Part shown: positions 1 to 11,687 of the stretch, piece by piece
How the letters are laid out: every line of letters begins with the position of its first letter
Position numbering within the stretch: position 1 is the stretch's first letter
Assembly: GCA_000708835.1 (NCBI GenBank)
Contig: DF237025.1
Coordinates: 172,959-236,958 of the forward strand
Source of the DNA: Klebsormidium nitens
Lineage: Eukaryota; Plantae; Klebsormidiophyceae
Reading direction: 5' to 3'
Length of the DNA stretch: 64,000 bases
Program-made: the position numbers and the translations under genes
The notes under the pieces: generated by a model
Seen by the model: the letters and a program-made list of their open reading frames with translations, nothing else
What the model was told of the DNA's origin: nothing
Databases searched by the model: none

Positions 1-34
1 CGTGTCTGACCTTGTCGCGCGCGTGTTCTTGCAG

Positions 35-710
35 GCATCTTCCACGGCTTCCAGCCCGACGCTCTCATCATGATCCTTCCCGCTCTCGCACTCCCGTCCA
101 AGCTGGCGGGGCTGTCGTTCCTCGTAACCTTCCTACTCGGAACCATTCTCGCGATGGGGAGCTACACGGCGTTCATCGGGGCGTCCTGCGAAGTGCTCGG
201 GGAGCAGGTCCCCGGGGTGAGGCTCCGGTTGTCAACCTCCCCCCCGTTCTTTCCCTTCTCTGAATGCTTTTTGAAGGTTTGAGACGTTCGTCGTGATGAA
301 AAACATATCTGTTACAAATGTGAAACAATTTCCAAATTTCTTGGACGATGGAGAGGAGTTCGGCGGAGCTGTGGAGAATTTAGTTGTACTCGTGCTTGCT
401 ACTTCGTATACGCCTGTTCGCTTGTAGAGCTTTTATAGTTTGGACTCGGGCGATCGGATAAATTGTTTTTGGTATAGCGGACACTCCATGTTCGGCCACT
501 GGGGGTGTGCATACCTCTTCTTGAGAATGCAGAGCCGATTGGTAATCAATTGCTTGTTTGAAACTCAGTGACTGGTCGGGTCTGTCTGAACAAATTTGTA
601 TCGTCCTTTCGCAGATCAACGAAAAGCTCTCGCAAGTTTCTTCGATGATTTCGATATTTGTTGGGGCCGCATTGATTTCTTCGAACGCATTCGGCTTCAA
701 AATCCTGTAA
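35..710 (+). CDS. 3' part of a CGF1/CGF2-like chloroplast membrane protein (NiCoT/UreH-like transporter family); last two exons 35-216 and 615-710, gene begins upstream of the window
   Basis: Spliced translation GIFHGFQPDALIMILPALALPSKLAGLSFLVTFLLGTILAMGSYTAFIGASCEVLGEQVPG|INEKLSQVSSMISIFVGAALISSNAFGFKIL* matches the recalled C-terminus of plant CGF proteins (QPDALMMxLPALALPSRxAG...MGSYT). AG acceptors at 33-34 and 613-614, GTGAGG donor at 217. Confidence 0.8.
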
Positions 711-2275
711 CAACTTTAGTTGTAGAGCTGAGACATGGACACGTTGTGGCTCTGAGAAGGCCCTGAGAAGGTCCCTGCAGATCATTGTGCACAACCCATT
801 GTGCACGTAGTATAAAGACCTTAACCGAAGTGGCTAATATTGCTGCTGCCTCGCAACCGACTTATACAAACCTATCGACAGGCTCCAGAGGTAGACCGTC
901 TGTGGGCAAATTGCCCGCGTTGAACCTTCATATTCTTGTGTCGTCGGCACATTTGGGAAGGTTATTGTCAATCCAGTGAGGTCATAGTTGTTCTTTGTTC
1001 TTTTTGAACCGTCTTTTAAACGGATTGAAGTCTTAATGTTCATCTTCCTCGAAGTATACCAGAGCGGCACCGACGTCAACCCCACTTTAATGGCTATGAT
1101 TGAAGCGGCGAGGAAATCTGGCCGCGACGGTAGAAAGCCAGCCCATGCATGTGTTTTTCAATGGCTGGATTCAAGAAAATTGGGTCTACATTCCTCACGG
1201 ATCATGTACGTGCTTGCGGAAGGCCGCGTATATCCGGACACATATTGACTCCTCTGTGGTCAAATGCAATGGTTGGGGCCACGTCATGAGGAGGCCGCTG
1301 GACGCATGCGGGCCTGTAAATTGGGTCGCCAAGAGGCGCGAATATTGCTATATCTAGGTATGCATCAAAGGCTATTGTCCATATGTGGAAACCATCCCTA
1401 GTGCAGATTGCGCATGACGGTTGTGACTTAACGATCGTCATGCGTAGAACTGCAGGTCAAAGTTCGCCGGGCCCGCTGCGGCCAGCGCCTTGCAGATGTC
1501 TAATTATTCTATTCGCGACAGCATGGGTTGCAGCCGCCCGCATGTGCTCACCGGCCGTCACGCACTGATCATTGCCAACGTACCGGCCCCGAGCGCGCGG
1601 CCCGCCCGTGTCGCGGCCGCCTCGCGCAAGACGTCTGTCTAGATTGGATCGATCGAAAGAGTATCTTCAGGGTTTTAGCACCCCAAACACGGGGTTTGCG
1701 CGGAATCTTCGAAAATGGGCGCAGCCGCAGCGAGCTGCCATGAACAGCCAGTCAATGCAGAGCTAGGAATTGTCGTCCACGCCAGGTCAGCTTGTTTTGT
1801 TCATTTTGTGGAGCGGCAAACCTAGGATAGAGGAGCTAGAATTGGGCGCCATTGAGTGTTGCAATGAAAGGCGCATCCATCTCCCGGAACAGGGTTACGA
1901 GAGTGTTTTGAGGTATCCAAGCATTCCAAAAGAAGCCCCTGAACTCGGGGGCAGATGTGCCAGTTTTGCTAGCTTGCGCTGAGTTGCAAAGTGGATTGGG
2001 CTTCACAATCTATGTAGAGGAAGTCGCCGTCAGGAATCTTCATTGGTATACGAGGTCCTCATGCTCCCTACATTGAAAGCGTCTGTGTCTAGAAATTACT
2101 TGTCTAGCGTCTTCTTCTTCGCATGCTAGAGGTGACCCAGTCCTTGCCTTTACTGATCCAAGCATAATGCTCTTGATTACAAGCGGAGCGGCCCTCATGA
2201 AAGCAGATTTGATGGTCTAGCTACAGATTCTGCAAGGATTGGGGTGCCGGACGGTCCGGGGGAGGGAGATAGATC

Positions 2276-5200
2276 ATGGAGGTGGCCTTTGTGCAGCAGC
2301 CTCTTCCCCAAACGCTGGGCGCCGTTGGCAGGGCGCATAGACAAGCATGCAGACGCGTTCTGCCTCTCCCAACCACATTGCCTCCGCCGTCGCACGCTAT
2401 CAGTCAACATGCAAGCCTGTCTTTAAGGCTAACCTTCCCTGCTTGGTGGAGCACAATCCATGCAAAATGCCACTTCGTTCGGTCAGAGCTGCAACGGAGG
2501 AGCCTGCGCTGGCGAAAGGGCGCCAGCTGTCAAGCAGACAGGGGCGTCAACTGTCGAGCACCCGGAGGCGCCAGCTGTCGTGCAGCGGCGGGGGGGGCAA
2601 CTCTTGTTCAGGAAGAGTCCCCGGCTGTACGTGTGACTGACATAGACAGGGAGATCAAGCGGCTTAGGGGGTTACGAGAACGGCTAAGGGCTGCGGTGTC
2701 CATCGACGAGCGGCGTCTTGTTTTGGAGAGCGATCCGGAGGTTCAGAGAGTCTGGAAGGCCTATCGGGACTCGCGGCATGCATTGAGATTGGACGAAGCG
2801 CACGGGAAGTACCTGCTCGATTGCATGATTGCGGCGGGGCAGGGGCATCTTCTGGAAAGTCCCACTCTTCTCCCCTCAAAGGAGCGGGTGAACGGGAAGC
2901 ATTCAAATGGCGCGCTGCATTCGAACGGCGCCCTCAAAGAGTCGGACACTGGGGTCTCTCTTTTGGACGGGCATTCAGACCGGGCACCCTACCTAGACGC
3001 ATTTCAAATGCTGGCGGACGCCGTCCGAAAGCTAGAGTTGGACGGCGAGCCGGACGCCCCAAACCACCCTGCGCTTCTAACCCCTCTCTTGGCCCCCGAG
3101 CATTTGGCGCCCGCGAACGCGCACGCCTGGGAGCAGCGACTGGCCGGACAGTCCAAAAGCGGGATCGACGCCATCCAAAAGCTAACGGACATGCTCAAGC
3201 GGCTTGAGAAGTTCTACGACAGCATCGGGGGTGTGGTTGGGTACCAGCTCGCGGCGCTGGAACTGATTCGCGCCAGCGAGGAGCGGGAGAAGTGCGTCGA
3301 AGAGGTGGAGAGCGTTTTGGCGGGGGATTCGGACGTGCCACTGTCCGAAAGTTCGCTTTGGGACGGGTCCGAGCTTTTGGAGGAAGCGGGCGAGGAGACG
3401 AATTACCACATGCCGGTGGGACCGGACCTGGCAGCCGATCCTGGCTTCGCACAGCGCGCGGCGGCTTGGGGGATCACGGTGAGAGTCCAAAGTGACTGTT
3501 TCATATATTTGTTACACTCGGGTGATCAAGACTTTACTTTCTCTCAGATGCATTACTAGCTGAGTCTAACGTGCACGTACTTGCCGCCAACATTATGAAA
3601 GTTGTGGTGGTGAAAAGGCTACCAGCATTTCTGGGGCGCAAAAGAATCCGCTTTTGATTCATTGGCTGGCGCCCGATCAGCACATTGCGTCGCAGCTTGT
3701 TGCATTTTGTAATCTCCACTCCGGAGATGCTTGAGACTCTCCTTCGGTTGACCATGCTCTCACAAATGGCAATTCAAGCTGCCACTTCTTACTCACGTGC
3801 TTCTTCCCTCTTGTGAGGAAGGTGCACACAACCTGTTTTCCGCCCCAATTGGTTGTAACTTTTGAAATGCCACCATTTATGTTGGCAGCATTGGATTCCA
3901 AAACCTTGGCTCTGGCTAAAGCATTCTAGATGCTGCTATAATCCCTACTTCACTGGTCCACCGAGGCCCAAAACCCTAATCTCGGTATTGTCCGACTAGA
4001 TTGAAAAGATGGGCGCCACTTACCCTGTCTATGCAGCTTGTGCTGGTTCTTTCAGCAATGCAAATCGGGGCGAACATGACATCGTTGCAAAGTTCAATGG
4101 CGCTGTTCTGACCTGAGATTGACAATGTTGAACAAAGGCTAAGCTCAATTTGGGTTGCACCTTCTGGTCTGGAATCCATGGGATGTGATTGCACAAAAGG
4201 TGTGGTTCCTCTAAAGTGGCTTATGCGGAAGGCAGTGCCAAAGGAGTTCTTTCAAACATCATGACCTTAAGGAGAAGAAATCTCACACGATGTCTCTAAG
4301 ATGAGGACTTGTTGCATGCTCAATCCCCCAAAAGTTATCTTCTCTTCTCTTTTTAAGAACCACTGTTGACCCGTACACTTCTTCCTATGGCTCACCCCTG
4401 ACGAGAGCTTATCATCTCCGTCAAATAAAATGCGGTCGTCAAAACCTGCATCTTTCAAGGAAACTGCTTGTGATGCACCCAGTCTTCTTCCAGGGGCTGC
4501 CGTCAATGGGCGAGATTTACCCCCTCGGCGGCGCGGGTGACCGGCTAGGCCTTGTGGACGAGCGGAGCGGCGAGTGCCTGCCTGTCGCAATGCTACCGTA
4601 CTGCGGACGGACTCTGTTAGAGGGCCTCATTCGGGACCTGCAGGCAAGGCCGCATTGAATCCGCAAGAATGTCAGGACTTAGAACATTGTGATGTTGAAG
4701 TGTTTAAACAGTCTGCGGAATGCAATCATGGGCGGTCAGGAAGCCGCTGTGTGCCCTTGATTGGCTTGGAGGTTGCCAGGCCCTTGCTTTGTGTCGGAAC
4801 TTCTGAGCTGAAAGAGAAGGCTAATGATGCTTATGATCTGGACAGCTGGATATAATCTGGGCCTTTCCCCTGTCTAAGCAACCATCCGCCATGGATTTCA
4901 AGGTGGCGGTTCTGCACGTTGGTTTTCGATTGTGGTTGTTTGGTGGAAGAGTCGACATGTGTGGGAGGAGAAAGCACAATACATCAATCGAGCACGGTGA
5001 AGGAGGAAGGGCATCATCTTGTGAACCAACTAAACTAAGGGTCCTCAGCCGAGGTCAGACTTTAGTTTAACTGACAAGCTCCATTTTGCACAGGCGCGGG
5101 AGTACTTGCACTTCCGGCTGTACGGTGTCCAGCACACGACGCCGGTTGCAATCATGACGTCAGCGGCCAAGGACAACCACCGGCGAGTGGTGGAGCTATG

Positions 5201-8200
5201 CAAGCAGCAGGGCTGGTTCGGGCGGGGGCGGGGCAGCTTCCGCCTCTTTGAGCAGGTCAGCCTCCCTAATTCGTTTTTTGTCGGGATAGTTGACGTGAGA
5301 AGGGGAAGGAGTCGTTTACTCTGGCGTACTTGACGTCAGGTAAGGAGGCAGTGGGCATGAGTGATGTCAGAAGGGGAGTCTCTCGTTGTTGGTGTACTCA
5401 ACGTTAGAAGGATAGAGAGATTAGTGTCATGAAGATAGCTGATTCCAGAAGGAGGTAACACTCGAGAATCACATTAATTGGTCAAGAGCAGCCAAAGGAG
5501 TCCACAATGTGGCTCTGGAGGCATAGTTCGGATCATCGAGCATCGGAGAATGTTGGGAGGGTCAGAATATGCTTAAAGTTTCTGACCGGTACTGGGGCGA
5601 ACAGAAGATATAAGGGCAGGCATGCACGATGGCTTCATGAAAGCTGGGGTCCTCGTGGCGGACTGGTTCAAAGCAGTGTCGCCCGCACATCAGCAGCTAA
5701 AGGATGGTGGTGACATTCAGAAACGAGTTCTAAAAAGGCTACTCGCTTATACCTGCTGCGTGGTCGCGGTGGCTGCGGACAACAGCCGGTAGCTATAACA
5801 GTACACTCCCCCGGATCCAAAGCATTAGTGCAATCTTCAGAATGTAATGATTAACACGTCCTATTGCACGTTCTGGACCAAATCCTATAAGCATTCTCAT
5901 AAGGCGACTCGTTTACATTTGCAGCCACTGGTTCCGGTGGTTGCCGCGGACGACGGCCGGTGGCTGATGCAGGAGCCGCTCCAATGTATTCTGAAACCAG
6001 GGGGCCATGGCGTCATCTGGAAGTTGGCGCACGACGAGAAGATCTTTGACTGGTTCCACGAGCGGGGGCGCAAGGCGGCCATCGTGCGCCAGATCAGGTG
6101 GGTGGCTTCTTCCGTGAAAGTTTAACTTTGCCCAAAGCATTGCCTTAGCAACGCGTCGCTCCATCTGATGCTGCCGAAAAAGGGACCTAGACCTGGAGGA
6201 CACCTAGGACAGGTTTAGCTCGACTGTTTGGGAACAGTAACCGAAACGCGCGTTTGACTGGCTCTTGAGCGCAGGCCTGATTTGGCCATAGGCAACCCGA
6301 TTGGTGGGTCAGGATATGGGAGGAAAGCTCGGTACTGAGGACACGGATTTTTCTTGAAAGCTCGTTTCGTCTAACAGCAGTGAACAAAAGGGGTCCGTTG
6401 ACTGCTTCCGCTTGCGTCGCCACTTGTTAGCCAGGTCTACTCGGTTGGGTCCTGGATGGAGGAAGATTCCGCTTTATGAGGCGCTATTGCAGTCTTGTGC
6501 GCCCTAACGTTCCTTCGTGAGCGACGGTAGAAACTCGCTGATCGGAGGAAGTCTAGAGTTGTTGCGCCAGCTTCAGGAGGTCGGTTGGTGCCGAATGGTT
6601 AGCCAGTCTCTCCAGCATCAGTTGCGCGCTGGGTCTCGATTTCCGTTCCCAGCATGCTGGTCGAGCTTGCGTCAGGTCGGAGTTGCCAGAGCACGGAGAG
6701 ATCTACTCAATTCTGCTGGCAAAACATGCATTCCTCATAGGCCGTTTACTTGGAGAAAATTGTCTGCCTCCTGTGGCCAACTCGCAGCGGACCGCAGCCA
6801 CTCCAGTTGTGTTGGTCGCCGTTTCAACATGGAACGACAGGTCGGAGAAGCGAGGACGTAACTGGTTTCCGCTTTACTCATTTCCTGCGAGGGAATCGCA
6901 CACCCGCTTTCTGACCTTGTCATGATTCACGCAGCAATCCAATGGCGGCTATGGACGCGACTCTGCTTGCGCTTTCTGGGGTCGGCCTGCAAGGTGGCAA
7001 GCGCTTCGGGTTTGCGTCGTGCGAGCGACGAGTGGGGGCGTCGGAGGGCATGAACGTGCTCAAGGTACGCTCACGATCTGTGAAAGGTGGTTCGATCCAT
7101 TTGGACAAACTTGCGCTGACCCGTTTACCAATAAGTTGATGCAAAAGACCTTGCCACCTCTCAACCACTTCTTGGATACCGTTTGAATTATAAGTGTCGA
7201 CATTGGGATTCGTTTCTTTGTCCCCGCTTTATTCACAGCCAAAATTAGTAGGCTGACCTTCCAGTCTGTCGTGGTGAATTGCTGTGTACGGTTTGAACAA
7301 TGAGATTCGAGATTCTAAACACGATTCATTCAGCTTTCGGCGCGACTTCTTGCAGTCCATGATCAACAGATTGACTTAGATTGACTCTATCAAGCTTATC
7401 GTATCTCTAACCTCCTTCCCGAACTAAATCGCGCAGGAGGTGCGCACGCCGTCCGGCGAGTGGCGCTACGGCGTGAGCAACATCGAGTACACGGAGTTCG
7501 AACGAATGGGCGTCTGCGACGTGGCAGTGGCCGGGGATTCCCACCGGTCGCAGTACCCGGCCAATACAAACGTGCTGTACGTGGACCTCGGGGCGGCGCA
7601 CCGGGTGGCGGCGAGCGAGGGCCGGGCGGCGCTTCCGGGGATGATCATCAACCTGAAGAAGACGGTAGAGTATAAGGACCACACGGGGCGGTTGCAGAGG
7701 TGAGGGGGCGCGAGAGGATCGTCTTTTGGTCCTGAGACATGGGGAAAATGTCGATGTCGCTTTGACGTCATGGAACACCCTTGCATTGAGCTTCATATAT
7801 TTGAAGAAGACGGTGGAGTAGAAGGACCACACGGGGCGGTTGCAGAGGTGAGGGGGCGTTGGAGGAGCGCATTTGTTCTGGGTCTTTGCGCTTAAGTTTT
7901 TGATTTCAGGTAACTTTGTGCAAGAATGTTTGAATCTAAAAAGTTTGTAGAGTATGAGGATCACACGGGGCGAATGCAGAGGTGATGGGGTGTGAGAGGC
8001 GTGTTTTTGTACTGGCTTTCTACGAGAATCTCAAATCGAAATCTCATGGAACGGTGAGCGTTCAGCTTTAGAATACCCGACGAAGACGGCAAAGTATGAG
8101 GATCATATGAGGCGACTGCAGATTTGAAGAGTGGGCGTGGGCTGAGCGTCTTGTTTCCGAAATATCGGGAAGAAAAGAACCAGTTCAAAGACTGCGGTGA

Positions 8201-10577
8201 CTCGCAGTATGGTTTGGCTCGACAAGCCCTCTGCGTCGGCTCTATTTGACACGCTGTGGTGCAGGAACAATGTTTCTTGGTCCACGAGCCTGACCTGCTC
8301 AGCCTTGGAATATAACCAGTTTGGCACCGCTCTATTCGAAGCTTCAGGAGTCTGGCACTTCTTAAAGCAAGTTACCAGCACGAGACAACGAAACTCGAGT
8401 TCCGGATCGCCGCCTTTTTATGAATCTTCGCCTGCGTTGATTCACGATCCCCACCACTTTCTTGTAGAGCGCGCGCGGGCGGCTCGAGTGTGCAGTGCTC
8501 TTTCCAAAGTTTCAGGATTTTGGCGAATCTTTAAGAAGTCACCAGAACGGGTAATGAAGGTCAACTTCCCGACTCCTACTTTTCAATGATCGTCGACTGC
8601 ATGCCACCTACAATCACTATGTGTTTGCAGGGCACGCGCGGGGCGGCTTGAGTGCACGATGCAAAACATTGCGGACGAGCTTGCGCAGACGTTCCCGGAG
8701 CGCCTTTCGCCGGAAGCGTACGAAGATTTGGACACGTTTGTCGTGTACAACTCGCGGACCAAGGTGTCATCGTCCGCGAAGCGGAGGAGAAAGCCGGGGG
8801 AGATGAACCTGCATCAGGTGGGTCACGAATTGGGTCAGGCGCAAGTGAGCGGGGGTTTAGGAAGGAGAGAATTTCGGTCGATAACTTTTTTCTGACGGTG
8901 ACAGGCTGTCGAGCTCTTCAGTGGGTTCAGCGGCGGTAGGTCCAGCTTTATTTTGCGCTTCCATGCTCTTCGAAACGTCCGGTCTTGGAGATCCAGACTT
9001 CGTAGGACTCTAGAGGGGGTTTATGACAGCCTGAGGCAGACGCCGCTGGATCGCCCTTGTCTGTTTCATAAGGTCGCCTGGCGTTTCGAAAACTGTCTGT
9101 CCGGTGAACAGATTTCACCGTTTATCCAGACGCTTCTGCGTGCAGGGCCCCTGACTCCAAGTCTTTACCTCGCTTCGTATCTCTTCAACCCCAGCTTTTC
9201 CTCTTCAAATCAACCAGAGGTATTGCCCCATTTGCCGCAGGTTTTGAACCAGTTACAACAGCCCAAGTTATAAGAAGACAACCTGCGTGGGACTGGTGCG
9301 TTAATCTTGGAGGCTCAGGGTGGGCAAAAGGGTGCACGTTTTCGGCTTTTTATTTCAAATGTTCGCTTTGTACTTTTTGTCGGTGTTTGCTTTGTTTTTA
9401 TCCAAATGTGAGCTTGTTCTAACCATCCTGATATTTATTCCTTTTGCAGACGCCGGACGGTTCCTTCTTCGACCTGATGGCCAACGCGCACGACCTGCTG
9501 ACGCAGTGTGACGTGGCGCTGCCGCCGGTGGGCGCCAAGGCCGAGTACCTCCAAAAGGGGCCGCCGTTCTTCGTGTTGCTCCACCCCGCGCTCGGGCCGC
9601 TCTGGGACGTCATCCGACAAAAGGTGAGCGCTCTTATAAGGAAGTTACACATATTTGTCAATCAAAATGTGGATCTTGCTGCGAAGCGATTCGTAGCTCT
9701 GACACGTCACCCGACAGAAGGTGGGCGCCTGGATTTGAGTACATTTCGTTCTCGCAGAATTGATCTCTTGGGAGCTTTTCCAGTTCTCATTCTTTAGTCT
9801 TGCTAAAACGCGATGTGACGAGACATGGGGTCCGTTTTCTAAACCCACTCAAGAACTTGTTGGAGTCGTCCTTTCTCCCTTCGTAATGGTTGGGACGGTT
9901 GCCCACAGAAGGTGGACGTCGGTCCTCAGTTCCAATCAGACTAACTCCTTTGGAAGCATGGGCGTTCATTCTATTACACTTCTGCTCCGATGCAGATTGT
10001 CGGGGGGTCCCTGGCCCGAGGAGGCGAGCTCCAGCTCGAGATTGCCGAGCTGTGCATGCGCCACGTGTCAGTCGAGGGCAGCCTCATGATCCGCGCCGAG
10101 AACGTGATGGGCGAGGCTTCCGTCCGGCGGACGTCCGGATCGATCCGGGAGCGGATCCTCACGTTCGGACGGCGCACCGCGCGGTGCCGGCTAGAAAACG
10201 TGACGGTTCGGAACATGGGCATCGACTGGAGCTGTCTGGCCAACGTGTACTGGCAGAACCGGCTTCAAAGAGACGAGATGCTAGAGGTCGTTTTGCACAG
10301 CGACGCGGAACTAGACGCGAGAGACGTTGTTTTAGAAGGGGGGGAGAGGATCGAGGTGCCAGCGGGACACCGGTTGAGGATCACCCGGGCGCCAAACGGC
10401 GGCCAAGTCAGGCGGTTGGAGCCGCTCGAGAAAGGGGTCGGGGGAGAGTCCCTACCGTCGTGGCATTGGCAACACAAACTGCGGGAGAATGGGAGGGTAG
10501 AACTGACTCTGGTCGAGGGGCCCGAGCGGCCGGCAGAGCAGACAGAGAGTGCCTTGGCCGCTTCAGGCAAGAATTGA
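2276..10577 (+). CDS. UGP3: UTP-glucose-1-phosphate uridylyltransferase 3, chloroplastic (sulfolipid pathway), about 1007 aa; exons 2276-3478, 4494-4643, 5094-5255, 5925-6097, 6935-7064, 7437-7699, 8631-8817, 9450-9623, 9996-10577
   Basis: Motifs GEIYPLGGAGDRLGLVD, MLPYCGRTLLEGLIRDLQARE, KPGGHGVIWKLA, YPANTNVLYVDL, RLECTMQNIAD, TPDGSFFDL, LHPALGPLW, ELQLEIAE match plant UGP3. All nine exons join in frame (3024 nt). Intron 2 needs a GC donor. Confidence 0.93.
7655..8135 (+). repeat. Four degenerate tandem copies (about 135-150 bp period) of the UGP3 exon-6 end plus 5' splice site
   Basis: AAGAAGACGGTAGAGTATAAGGACCACACGGGGCGGTTGCAGAG|GTGAGG is the true junction at 7699/7700. It recurs near-perfectly ending 7847/7848, more diverged ending 7981/7982, and heavily decayed at about 8080-8135. 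Confidence 0.9.
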
Positions 10578-11687
10578 TAGGGCGGCATCGGAGCGTCATG
10601 CACCGGACTTGCGCAAGCGTTTTTCCTACTGACTTCGTTCTTCATTTGCGAGCGGGAATAAATCTTTTTCAGGGCTGCAAATGTGAAGGTTCGAGTCGTA
10701 TGCTCAGGTGGAGTGTATGCTGAGCCGGCCCAGTACATCATGCTTGGGTTTTGGGCGGCGGCTGGGCTGCCAGGCCAGGGCTAGCTTTCTATTGAAGCAT
10801 TGTCGCCGTGTTACGTATGCGCACGTATCATGCATCATGATTGGCCGGCGCGGGCAGTCATGCTGGTGCGTCGGAGGATCCAACATCTATGAAACGTTGC
10901 CGGATTAATTCATAGCCTAGCCGGCAGCAGCTTTTTAGCTTCGACCAAAGTGTAGGTTCATATCTTAGTATACATCGGTTGCCGATCATATGCGTACAGG
11001 TATCGAGGACTGCAACTGCCGCAGTGCCTAGCTAGCTGAATGATACTAACATGCTTAGTAGTGGTCCTCCGCCCCCTCATGCATGTTGATATATACACCG
11101 CTGACTAGCGCATGTCTGCTAAGGACTAGCTGAATGTATGGCCCAACGATCATGTTGGATCGTTGATATGTGCGTATCTGGCATGATTGCTTATAGAAGG
11201 ATTTTGCCTCGGTGTATGCATAATCACATATGTCATGGGTGTTGCGTCGATGGCCTTGGTTATAACATCTGAACCGCCACACCTCGCGCATCTAAATTCA
11301 AGCCACGAACTTGGGCTGCAAACGGTCGAATTAGCCGGGTCAAGCTAGTACCATTTGGAGCGTCAGCTGCGACATCTCCAATCGCAATCGCGAGCCTGAG
11401 CTTAGAGGTCAGCTTGGGGTAACCATGTTCCTTTCACAAACTATATTTTTCTATGATTGCGCTGGACCCTTATAAAACTTGGTCGCTTGATTTAACCAGA
11501 TGAGATCCAATCGAGTCACGGTCTACAACGGCTTCAATGAGTATAATGTCCTATAGCCTTCTAGTGCGAGCTTGCTGATCTTGCTGCCACCTACTTAAGT
11601 CGCACCAGGCATATTTAACACGCACAAACAAACAACCCATCATAGCCCTGTACATACTCACACCTTCAATAGTAGTTGCATAAAAAC

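Noticed and set aside
988-1357. Short ORFs between the CGF-like gene and UGP3; QSGTDVNPTLMAMIEAARK faintly recalls YebC/TACO1
   Set aside because: Similarity is limited to one short stretch, with no flanking family motifs or coherent exon structure.
3677-4450. Stop-poor minus-strand frame inside UGP3 intron 1, considered as a nested pseudogene or TE relic
   Set aside because: No recognisable domain, and the low stop density is not convincing once six frames and many introns are considered.
7655-8135. Repeat-spacer appearance suggestive of a CRISPR-like array (also 36440-36790)
   Set aside because: Units are degenerate copies of host exon-intron junctions, spacers are related to each other, the host is eukaryotic and there are no cas genes.
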